From: an uncultured Pseudomonadota bacterium
GTDB taxonomy: Bacteria > Pseudomonadota > Gammaproteobacteria > Steroidobacterales > Steroidobacteraceae
DNA length: 64,000 nucleotides
Assembly: GCA_903908265.1 (NCBI GenBank)
Contig: CAIVRI010000038.1
Location: 28,053 to 92,052 of the forward strand
Reading direction: 5' to 3'
Under the pieces are notes generated by a model, which searched no databases, was not told where the DNA came from, and worked only from the letters and a program-made list of their open reading frames with translations. Of this stretch, positions 28,978-38,170 are shown piece by piece. The translations under genes and the position numbers were made by a program. How positions within the stretch are numbered: the first letter of the stretch is position 1; the number at the start of each line of letters is the position of its first letter.

Positions 28978-30162
28978 TCAGTAGAGCTCGATCGCAACGG
29001 CGGTAGCCTCGCCACCGCCAATGCACAGTGCCGCAACGCCACGATGGAGGCCGCGCGCACGCAAGGCAGAGACTAAAGTGGCGATGATCCGCGCGCCAGT
29101 GGCGCCGATAGGATGACCCAAGGCGCAGGCGCCGCCGTTGACATTGACCTTGGCCGGGTCGAGCTTGAGGTCTTGGATTGCTGCCATGGTGACTGCGGCG
29201 AAGGCCTCATTGACTTCGTACAGATCTACGTCGCCGGTCGACCAGCCCGCTCGTTTGAGTACTTTCTCGATCGCGCCGACGGGTGCTGTCGTGAACCATT
29301 CCGGTTGATGGGCGTTGCTTGCATAGGCAACCAGTCGGGCGATTGGCTTGAGGCCGCGCGCAAGGGCAACGGACTCACGCGCGAGCACGACGGCGGCGGC
29401 ACCGTCGGAAATGGAGGAGGAACTGGCTGCGGTCACAGTGCCGTCTTTTCGGAATGCAGGCTTTAGCGTCGTGATTTTGGCGATGTCACAAGTAAAAGGC
29501 GTTTCATCTTGGGAGACGATCGTCTCGCCCTTACGACTCTTGACGGTGACAGGGGTGATTTCCTCAACAAAAGCGCCGGACTCGACGGCGGCAAGGCTGC
29601 GGCGGACTGACTCGGTCGCGAAGGCATCCATCGCCTCCCGGCTGAAACCATATTTCTGCGCAGTATTTTCGGCGAAGCAGCCCATCATTTGACCATCCCA
29701 TGGGCTCTGCAGGCCGTCGTAAAACATATGGTCGAGAATCTCCCCGTGGCCCATTCGATAGCCTGCGCGCGCTTTTGGGAGCAGGTACGGGGCATTGGTC
29801 ATCGACTCGAATCCGCCTGCTACGGCGATGCCGATATCGCCGGTGCGCAGCGCATCTGCGGCCATCATCACGGCGCGCATGGCCGATCCACACATTTTGT
29901 TGACGGTCGTGGTGGGGGTGCTAATCGGGATGTTGGCGCCGAGGGCCGCTTGCCGCGCGGGCGCTTGGCCGAGGCCGGCCGTGAGCACACATCCTAGAAT
30001 GACTTCCTCAACCGCCGACGGCTCGATAGCAGCGGCCTCGAGCGCGCCCTTGAGGGCGGCGGCCCCTAGCGCGGCGGCACCGGACTGTGCGAAGACGCCT
30101 TGAAAAGCACCGATGGCGGTGCGGCGGGCTGCCAGGATCACGATTGGGTCTTGACGCATCAT
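28978..30162 (-). CDS. Acetyl-CoA C-acetyltransferase (thiolase II)
   Basis: 394 aa with active-site Cys block VNKMCGSAMRAV, NEAFAAV, NVNGGACALGHPIGATGARI and the C-terminal CIGGGEATA. The ATG has a GAGGGGA SD. Confidence 0.93.
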   Translation of the reverse strand: MMRQDPIVILAARRTAIGAFQGVFAQSGAAALGAAALKGALEAAAIEPSAVEEVILGCVLTAGLGQAPARQAALGANIPISTPTTTVNKMCGSAMRAVMMAADALRTGDIGIAVAGGFESMTNAPYLLPKARAGYRMGHGEILDHMFYDGLQSPWDGQMMGCFAENTAQKYGFSREAMDAFATESVRRSLAAVESGAFVEEITPVTVKSRKGETIVSQDETPFTCDIAKITTLKPAFRKDGTVTAASSSSISDGAAAVVLARESVALARGLKPIARLVAYASNAHQPEWFTTAPVGAIEKVLKRAGWSTGDVDLYEVNEAFAAVTMAAIQDLKLDPAKVNVNGGACALGHPIGATGARIIATLVSALRARGLHRGVAALCIGGGEATAVAIELY

Positions 30163-30612
30163 GGGGTGTCCCCTCGCTCAGGTATTCGGGCTAGATCAGG
30201 GCGGCACGGAGTCTACGCCGGATTCTTTTTGCGGTGCAACGTAAACCGGCGAGGGGTGTAGGGGCGCCCACGGGCGCGCTGTGCGGTCGAAAATCCCGGT
30301 CCCGTGCCGTGCGGCGGAGGAGCGGCTGGAGTCACAGTTTTGTCTTTTATATTCCTGCGCGGGACTGCAGCGCCAGTTCCGGGGACTGCGCGGAGGGAGG
30401 GCGGCCACCGTCTCGGTTTAAAACGTTTTCTTTGCGGTGTTTAAGATGATAAAAGGGGGCCTGATTGTTAGCTGCAGAGACCGCCCCGAGCGGTTGCTCG
30501 CAAATAATATAAGATCCGTTCTGGGTAGCCAGAAGAGCGCCCTGTGCAGGCCGCCTCTTGCATGGCCAAGGGCGTTAGTCCCCACGCGTTGTTGCTGCAA
30601 TGCTGCAGATCG

Positions 30613-30629
30613 ATGAAAGGTAATTTCAT
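30613..30629 (+). promoter_or_regulatory. Small hairpin in the csrA-like leader that pairs two upstream ATGs and exposes GG in its loop
   Basis: ATGAAA (30613-30618) pairs with TTTCAT (30624-30629), with loop GGTAA. The loop and stem overlap the only good SD-like element (AAAGG) upstream of the ATGs at 30628 and 30642. Confidence 0.3.
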
Positions 30630-30641
30630 GTTGGTGATTCC

Positions 30642-31001
30642 ATGTTAGTGATCTCCCGCAAGCTGGGTGAGAAGCTCCGAATTGGGCAGAACATTGAGGT
30701 CGCGGTACTGGAGATTTCAGGAACCCGCGTGGTGTTGGGTATTGAGGCCCCCCGGGAAATTGATATCCGCCGCCTTGGTATAGAGGCAAATGAAACCGAC
30801 GAGGAAGCCGCGCCGGCCCCTGAGGCTGTTGAACCTGCTGTTGCCGAGGTAGTGCTCGCAGCGGTGCCCGTGACACCGCCGCCCTTTGAGTACCCGAGTC
30901 GCGCTGCACCGGAGCAGACCGAACGCGTGGTCAAAACACCGGTAGTAACGGTGCGCCGTTCGCGAAAAATCGCGATCCCGCCGCAAGGTAGCCCCGAATA
31001 A
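30642..31001 (+). CDS. csrA: CsrA/RsmA-family RNA-binding protein with a C-terminal extension of about 69 aa
   Basis: Residues 1-50 (MLVISRKLGEKLRIGQNIEVAVLEISGTRVVLGIEAPREIDIRRLGIEAN) match the CsrA fold pattern MLxLxRKxGExxxIGddIxxxVLxIxGxxVxxGIxAPxxxxIxR. The ORF then runs 69 more codons (acidic and Pro/Ala-rich, ending in a basic VVTVRRSRKIAIPP segment). Confidence 0.75.
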   Translation: MLVISRKLGEKLRIGQNIEVAVLEISGTRVVLGIEAPREIDIRRLGIEANETDEEAAPAPEAVEPAVAEVVLAAVPVTPPPFEYPSRAAPEQTERVVKTPVVTVRRSRKIAIPPQGSPE

Positions 31002-31018
31002 ATTGCGGGCGGCGCCTG

Positions 31019-31741
31019 TTAGGTCTCTAAAAGTGGTTCGTTGACGTGGGCCACCACGGCTGCATGGGCCGCATTGCGCAACCCGTGCACGGCGGCGCGG
31101 TCGGCTGACGCGGGTGCTGGGATCACTGTCAGCAGGCGGACATGGATGCGGGCGGGTCGGGGCAGCCATCGATCGGCTGGGAGCATTTCCCGTGTGCCAT
31201 TGATGGCGGCAGGCACGATCGGCAATCCGGCTTTGGCGGCTGCGGCGAAAGCGCCGCCGAGAAACCTTCCGACACCAGGCTTCTCCGTAAACGTCCCCTC
31301 TGGAAACGCCGCGATAGACTGACCGGTCGACGCCGTACGTTGTACCCGGCGCGCATCGTTTGCGCCCCCTTTCGGATCCCGCCGGTCTACAAATTCCGTA
31401 CCCACTCGTCGCAAAAGGAAGGCCGCTAACGGTACAGAGGCCATTTCCCGCTTCACCATGAACGCAAACCGGGGCGGCAGTGCGGCCTGCATGACGATTC
31501 CGTCCACGTAGCTGGCGTGGTTCGCAACCACCACACAGGGCCCATCGGGTAATTCTTCGATGCCCTCGACGACGACCGGGCAGGCCACCATTCTGAGGAT
31601 GCTGCGGGCGGTCCAATGAATGACGCGGCGGCGCTGATGCAGAGTCGGCACGATGGCCATACCGAGCGTTGCGGTCAGCGATAAGGTCGTGAATACGACC
31701 CAGCACCAAACACCATAGACCGGCAACAGTAGAGGTTTCAT
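31019..31741 (-). CDS. plsC: Lysophospholipid (1-acyl-sn-glycerol-3-phosphate) acyltransferase family protein
   Basis: Acyltransferase motifs VVANHASYVDG (HxxxxD) and AAFPEGTF, with an N-terminal membrane anchor. Confidence 0.82.
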   Translation of the reverse strand: MKPLLLPVYGVWCWVVFTTLSLTATLGMAIVPTLHQRRRVIHWTARSILRMVACPVVVEGIEELPDGPCVVVANHASYVDGIVMQAALPPRFAFMVKREMASVPLAAFLLRRVGTEFVDRRDPKGGANDARRVQRTASTGQSIAAFPEGTFTEKPGVGRFLGGAFAAAAKAGLPIVPAAINGTREMLPADRWLPRPARIHVRLLTVIPAPASADRAAVHGLRNAAHAAVVAHVNEPLLET

Positions 31742-31943
31742 TAGAAAAAATAGCCCTTTAGCAGCTGTTTTATGTGATCTACGTCGCCTTTATGTAAAGC
31801 GCGCAGGCCGCACGTGAGCCCCGTCACAGTCCCCACAGAGCTCTCCGTGAATACTCACTTTCGACCCGGCAAACACCGGGCAAGTCGCGCGCTGCATTTT
31901 GCATGGCAGCGCGTGGGATTCAAAGCGCGGTAAGGGTATCGAA

Positions 31944-32903
31944 ATGTCGGTGTCACATATGAATATGGTTCGGAAGATAGACCTGCCTCAAGAACGGCTA
32001 ACGGGAGCCCCCCCCGTGTTGGAGCCGTCTATAGCGCGGTTTCTCGACGCGGTCTGGATGGAACGTGGCTTGTCGGTCAATACCCTTGCGGCCTACCGCG
32101 CAGACCTGGCCGCTCTTGTGCGCTGGTTGGCCGAGCGTGGCATTGCTGTAGAGAACACCTCGCGCGCCGATTTGCTGGGGTTTCTCGCCGCGCGCGTCGA
32201 AGTGGGTGCGCAGCCCCGCTCGACGGCGCGACAATTGTCGAGTTTTCGCCGATTCTTTCGCTACCTGGTGCGTGAAAGTGTGGTCGCTGAGGACCCCACT
32301 TCGCAGATCGCAATGCCAAAGATTCGGCGCACGTTGCCAAAATCGCTCACTGAACAAGAAGTGGAGTCCCTGCTCTTAGCGCCTGAAGTCTCCGATCCTC
32401 TGGGTCATCGCGATCGCACGATGCTGGAGGTCCTTTATGCCACTGGGCTTCGGGTCTCTGAACTGGTGAGCGTGCGCTTTGCGCACGTCAATGCAAATCA
32501 AGGTGTGATACGCATCCTTGGCAAGGGGAACCGGGAACGGCTAATTCCACTGGGCGAGGAGTCGGTGCGGTGGCTTACAGAGTTCGTACAGGGTCCCCGT
32601 TCCGAGATTCTTTTGGAGCGCCAGACCGACTACCTGTTTCCGACGCGCCGCGGCGATCGCATGACACGCCAGGCCTTCTGGCACATTATTAAGCGCTATG
32701 CGGCCAAAGCCGGCGTGCAGAAAGAGTTATCGCCGCATACGCTGCGACACGCGTTTGCTACGCATCTTTTGAATCGCGGTGCTGATCTGCGAGTAGTGCA
32801 GATGCTGTTGGGGCATAGCGACCTGTCGACGACGCAGATCTACACGCATGTTGCGCGTGAACGCCTTAAAGAATTGCACATGAAGCACCATCCGCGGGGT
32901 TAA
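31944..32903 (+). CDS. xerD: Tyrosine recombinase XerD (chromosome dimer resolution)
   Basis: Near-colinear with the XerD pattern: FLDAVWMERGLSVNTLAAYRADL, MLEVLYATGLRVSELV, GKGNRERLIPLGEE, LRHAFATHLLNRGADLRVVQMLLGHSDLSTTQIYTHVARERL. It is followed by dsbC, as in enterobacteria. The start is ambiguous (ATG at 31944, 31959 or 31965). Confidence 0.92.
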   Translation: MSVSHMNMVRKIDLPQERLTGAPPVLEPSIARFLDAVWMERGLSVNTLAAYRADLAALVRWLAERGIAVENTSRADLLGFLAARVEVGAQPRSTARQLSSFRRFFRYLVRESVVAEDPTSQIAMPKIRRTLPKSLTEQEVESLLLAPEVSDPLGHRDRTMLEVLYATGLRVSELVSVRFAHVNANQGVIRILGKGNRERLIPLGEESVRWLTEFVQGPRSEILLERQTDYLFPTRRGDRMTRQAFWHIIKRYAAKAGVQKELSPHTLRHAFATHLLNRGADLRVVQMLLGHSDLSTTQIYTHVARERLKELHMKHHPRG

Positions 32904-32976
32904 TAGCTCGGTCTGTTAGACTTCTGGCACTTGAGGCGCCCTGCGGTTTGGAGGGCGAGCTAGCTGTGGAGAGTCC

Positions 32977-33717
32977 ATGAAGTCCCGCCCGTATACTATT
33001 CTGTGCCTGATTGCTGCAGCGCTCTTTTTAATGGGCGCAACCGCGCATGTGCCGTCTAAGGACGAAGTGCGCACGGAAATTGCTCGTCGTCTAGACGTTC
33101 CCGTCACAGCGGTTCGCGACAGCGTGGTTGCTGGCCTTTATGAAATTGCTAATGGCGGCGAAGTGATCTACGTGACGGCGGACGGCCGTTACGCGCTCAA
33201 GGGTGATATTTACGATACGGATCGAGGACGCAACGTCACGGACCTGCGTCGTAATGAGGCTCGTCAAGAGTTGCTGCGTGCATTGCCAGATGACGAAACC
33301 GTCATATTTGCGCCGTCAAAGCCGCGCTACACCGTCACCGTGTTCACGGACGTGGAGTGCAAATTCTGTCGGATGTTTCACAACGAAATTGCGGAATACA
33401 ACCGTTTGGGCGTGAAGGTGCGGTACGCTTTTTATCCTCGGCCAGGTCCGGGAACAGACGCATGGCGCAAGGCCGAGTCCGTGTGGTGTGCGTCCAATCG
33501 ACAGGACTCTTTGACTAAGGCTATTCAGGGGGTTGATTCTGGGATAGCTAAACCGGGTTGCCGTACGCCTGTTGCTCGCACCTATGATCTCGGAAAGACG
33601 TTGGGGATGCTCGGCACCCCAGGCATCTTCACCGAAAGAGGGGAATATATCAGTGGCTATAGACCGCCCGCGCAGTTGGTCGAGGCGTTGCGCGCCGGCG
33701 AGGCGCGCAACGACTAA
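32977..33717 (+). CDS. dsbC: Thiol:disulfide interchange protein DsbC
   Basis: Signal peptide, an N-terminal dimerisation-type domain (YEI...GEVIYVTADGRY), and a thioredoxin domain with active site CKFC and a second Cys pair (WCAS...). Confidence 0.88.
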   Translation: MKSRPYTILCLIAAALFLMGATAHVPSKDEVRTEIARRLDVPVTAVRDSVVAGLYEIANGGEVIYVTADGRYALKGDIYDTDRGRNVTDLRRNEARQELLRALPDDETVIFAPSKPRYTVTVFTDVECKFCRMFHNEIAEYNRLGVKVRYAFYPRPGPGTDAWRKAESVWCASNRQDSLTKAIQGVDSGIAKPGCRTPVARTYDLGKTLGMLGTPGIFTERGEYISGYRPPAQLVEALRAGEARND

Positions 33718-33724
33718 AGTCGTA

Positions 33725-34048
33725 TTAGCGTTCCAGCAGCTCGCGCTTGCCGGGCCGACCCTTCCAGTCGTCGGCATCCGCAGGGGATGCTTTCTTTTCC
33801 GTAATCACTGGCCAAAGTTTCGACAGTTCTGCATTGAGCTTTAAGAATTCTTCTTGGCCGGCTGGCAGATCTTCTTCCGAATAGATTGCTTCTACCGGAC
33901 ACTCGGGTTCGCAGAGCGTGCAGTCGATGCACTCGTCCGGGTCGATCACAAGAAAGTTAGGGCCGACGTGGAAGCAGTCCACTGGGCAGACTTCCACGCA
34001 ATCTTGATACTTGCACTTGATGCAGTTTTCGGTGACGACGAACGTCAT
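33725..34048 (-). CDS. fdxA: 7Fe (3Fe-4S plus 4Fe-4S) ferredoxin, Azotobacter FdxA type
   Basis: 107 aa starting [26 protein letters not shown]..., with [12 protein letters not shown] and a long C-terminal tail typical of FdxA. Confidence 0.93.
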   Translation of the reverse strand: MTFVVTENCIKCKYQDCVEVCPVDCFHVGPNFLVIDPDECIDCTLCEPECPVEAIYSEEDLPAGQEEFLKLNAELSKLWPVITEKKASPADADDWKGRPGKRELLER

Positions 34049-34111
34049 TTCGTTAGCGCCTGTGTCGGTAATGGAAAGGGGTCGACGTCGACCCCTTGGG
34101 CCTATTCTAGC

Positions 34112-34669
34112 TCAGGTGGGCGCTGTTCTGCGCTCGTAGCGCTGGTCGAAGTCGATAAAGTGGTGTCCGTCGCGTGCATGCGCGCGGTCTTCCAGATAGC
34201 GGCGTAGGGCAAACTCAACGCTCGGGAATGCAATTTCCGACCAAGGAATGTTCTCTTCCCGTACTAGGTCGACTTCGAGGCTTTCGGCGCCTGCCGCAAA
34301 GGTGGCGTCGGCCATGCGCGCCCTGAACATGACGTGCACCTGGTGGGCATGAATGACGTTGACGATGGCCAGTAGGCTGCCGATCTCGACGGCAGCGCCC
34401 GCTTCCTCTAGACATTCCCGGGCCGCGCCGCGCGCTAGCGATTCGGCGTTTTCCATGAAGCCGGCGGGAATTGTCCAATAACCGTGGCGCGGCTCGATCG
34501 CGCGACGGCATAGCAGAATCCGGCCATCGTATTCAGGCACACAGCCGACGATGATCTTCGGATTTTCGTAATGAATCGTCCCACAGTCTATGCAGACGTG
34601 ACGGCACAGGTTGTCGCCTTCGGGGACCCGAAGGCTCACACTGTTACCGCAATGACTACAATAGTTCAT
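34112..34669 (-). CDS. NUDIX hydrolase with an N-terminal zinc ribbon
   Basis: From the ATG at 34669 the product is MNYCSHCGNS...CIDCG (two CxxC pairs). The Nudix box is GFMENAESLARGAARECLEEAGA. The longer 216-aa ORF runs through the tRNA gene and is rejected. Confidence 0.85.
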   Translation of the reverse strand: MNYCSHCGNSVSLRVPEGDNLCRHVCIDCGTIHYENPKIIVGCVPEYDGRILLCRRAIEPRHGYWTIPAGFMENAESLARGAARECLEEAGAAVEIGSLLAIVNVIHAHQVHVMFRARMADATFAAGAESLEVDLVREENIPWSEIAFPSVEFALRRYLEDRAHARDGHHFIDFDQRYERRTAPT

Positions 34670-34684
34670 AGGACGGTTCTTTTG

Positions 34685-34768
34685 TGGTGCCGGTGGAGGG
34701 ACTCGAACCCCCACGCTTTTGGCGTCTGATTTTGAGTCAGATGCGTCTACCAATTCCGCCACACCGGC
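34685..34768 (-). tRNA. tRNA-Leu (anticodon CAA), class II with long variable arm, CCA encoded
   Basis: The minus-strand sequence is GCCGGTG-TG-GCGGAATTGGTAGACGC-A-TCTGA-CTCAAAA-TCAGA-CGCCAAAAGCGT-GGGGGTTCGAGTCCCTC-CACCGGC-A-CCA. This gives a 7-bp acceptor stem, a 5-bp anticodon stem, the loop CU-CAA-AA, a GTTCGAGTC T-loop and a 3' CCA. Confidence 0.93.
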
Positions 34769-34866
34769 GCGGCGCGAATATTAGCACGTTGAAATGCTTT
34801 CGCCGACTTGATCGTAGACGCGGTTGCGGGGATGCTCCCGTTCCTCTGGGTTTTGGAGTAACACAC

Positions 34867-35568
34867 ATGACATATCGTCCCTGCTGGCTGATGGTTACGG
34901 CCGTGGCGTTTTGCGGGCACTCCGCTGTGGCGGGAACGTCGGCCGGGTCGGGGGACTCCCCGGCTTTGGTAGCCGCCCAAGGGCGCCTCGATCGCGCCGC
35001 CCAGGAAGTCGCTGAGCTATTGGCCAAAGAACGTGGCGGCAAAGCCGACGGCCGACGGATTGAATTGCGTATTTCAGCCGGCGAAGAGCAGCTCCCGTCG
35101 GCTGCGGGCGCTGGTCGAGGGGGCGAACCGTTCGAGCGCCCGATGATCCTGCAGGGGCCCGGTGACGGGGATGCGCCGGATGTAGCACTGCTGCAGATCC
35201 CTCGCGGAGGATTCGGGCCGGGGCCGGGGCCGGGTCCGGGTCCGCACGGTATGGTTGCGGGCAGGTGGCCACCGCCGCCGGGCGGTCCCGGGGGCTTGGC
35301 CTTGGCAACGGTTTCTGGGGCACTTGGTCATTATTTTGGGGTGGCTGGCGGCGTGTTGGTCGTCCATGCCGCACCGGGCGGGGCGCTGAACGATGGCGAC
35401 GTGATCGCAACCATCGGGGGCCGCCAGGTGCTCTCGGCAGACCGCGCTTACCGTATTCTCGCGACCTATGGTCCAGAGGAGTCGGTTGGGCTGTCGATCG
35501 TGCGGGATCAGGGGTCGCTGGAAGTGCTCTTCAAGCCCGAGTCCCCGAAGGGGCACGGCGATCACTGA
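34867..35568 (+). CDS. Secreted hypothetical protein with a C-terminal PDZ domain and a (Gly-Pro)5 tract
   Basis: From the ATG at 34867 the product begins MTYRPCWLMVTAVAFCGHSAVAG (signal peptide). The C-terminal segment LGHYFGVAGGVLVVHAAPGGALNDGDVIATIGGRQV resembles DegP/Prc-type PDZ domains. The upstream part of the 294-aa ORF is antisense to the tRNA. Confidence 0.65.
   Translation: MTYRPCWLMVTAVAFCGHSAVAGTSAGSGDSPALVAAQGRLDRAAQEVAELLAKERGGKADGRRIELRISAGEEQLPSAAGAGRGGEPFERPMILQGPGDGDAPDVALLQIPRGGFGPGPGPGPGPHGMVAGRWPPPPGGPGGLALATVSGALGHYFGVAGGVLVVHAAPGGALNDGDVIATIGGRQVLSADRAYRILATYGPEESVGLSIVRDQGSLEVLFKPESPKGHGDH
35215..35244 (+). repeat. Five tandem hexanucleotide units (GGGCCG x3, GGTCCG x2) encoding GPGPGPGPGP
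   Basis: Read directly from the sequence at 35215-35244, in frame with the PDZ-protein CDS. Confidence 0.9.
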
Positions 35569-35569
35569 G

Positions 35570-37761
<2,192 letters not shown>

Positions 37762-37807
37762 TTCATCGCTACGCCCGAATCTTCGGGCTACTGGGGAAAC
37801 GATCCAG

Positions 37808-38140
37808 ATGGAATTCCTGATTTCGACTGCAAATGCGCAGGCCGCCGGTATCGGCGCCGGTGGCAGCAATATGAGCCAGATGCTGGTGATGGTGGCGCTG
37901 TTCGGTGCTTTCTACTTCATGCTGATTCGTCCGCAGCAGAAGAAGGCTAAGGAACAGCGCGATATGGTGTCAAAGCTTGCGGCTGGCGACGAAGTCGTCA
38001 CGGCTGGCGGCATCCTTGGTCGCATCACCGCGGTCGGCGACACCTACCTCTCGGTTGAGGTCGCTCGCGACACGACCATTCAGGTGCAGCGCTACCAAGT
38101 GGTGCAACTGCTGCCGAAAGGCACCTACAAGAGCGCCTAA
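37808..38140 (+). CDS. yajC: Preprotein translocase subunit YajC
   Basis: 110 aa from the ATG at 37808, with a single TM segment followed by FYFMLIRPQQKKAKEQRDM and GDEVVTAGGILGRI. It occupies the canonical tgt-yajC-secD-secF position. Confidence 0.9.
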   Translation: MEFLISTANAQAAGIGAGGSNMSQMLVMVALFGAFYFMLIRPQQKKAKEQRDMVSKLAAGDEVVTAGGILGRITAVGDTYLSVEVARDTTIQVQRYQVVQLLPKGTYKSA

Positions 38141-38170
38141 TCGGCGCCTGACTCGGAGCTCACTCCCCGA

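Noticed and set aside
30196-30449. Small ORFs (70-71 aa on both strands) inside the 479-nt gap, and the idea that the gap encodes a CsrB/RsmZ-like GGA-repeat sRNA
   Set aside because: The ORFs are Arg/Ser/Cys-rich, lack an SD and show no motif. There are only a handful of GGA motifs, and they are not arranged as repeated hairpin loops, so an Rsm-type sponge RNA cannot be claimed from sequence alone. The gap itself is kept as a low-confidence finding.
30505-30530. AT-rich CTCGCAAATAATATAAGATCC resembling a XerCD dif site (xerD is nearby)
   Set aside because: Only a loose match to the XerC-arm GCGCATAA is present. The central region and the XerD arm (TTATGTTAAAT-like) are absent, so this is not a credible dif site.
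30717-31709. 330-aa minus-strand ORF overlapping the csrA-like and plsC-family genes
   Set aside because: It is out of frame with the plsC-family CDS, whose frame carries the HxxxxD and FPEGT acyltransferase motifs. The alternative translation is Arg/Gly-rich nonsense.
31888-31913. 8-bp hairpin CGCGCTGC...GCAGCGCG, and a CCCGG-CAAACA-CCGGG hairpin at 31866-31881, upstream of xerD
   Set aside because: These are short GC stems of a kind expected by chance in this composition. No associated U-tract, repeat family or conserved motif is visible.
34670-34866. ORF extensions running through the tRNA-Leu gene on both strands (216-aa NUDIX ORF and 294-aa PDZ ORF)
   Set aside because: The extra codons are translations of the tRNA sequence and its complement. 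Both proteins have sensible internal starts: the zinc ribbon at ATG 34669 and the signal peptide at ATG 34867.
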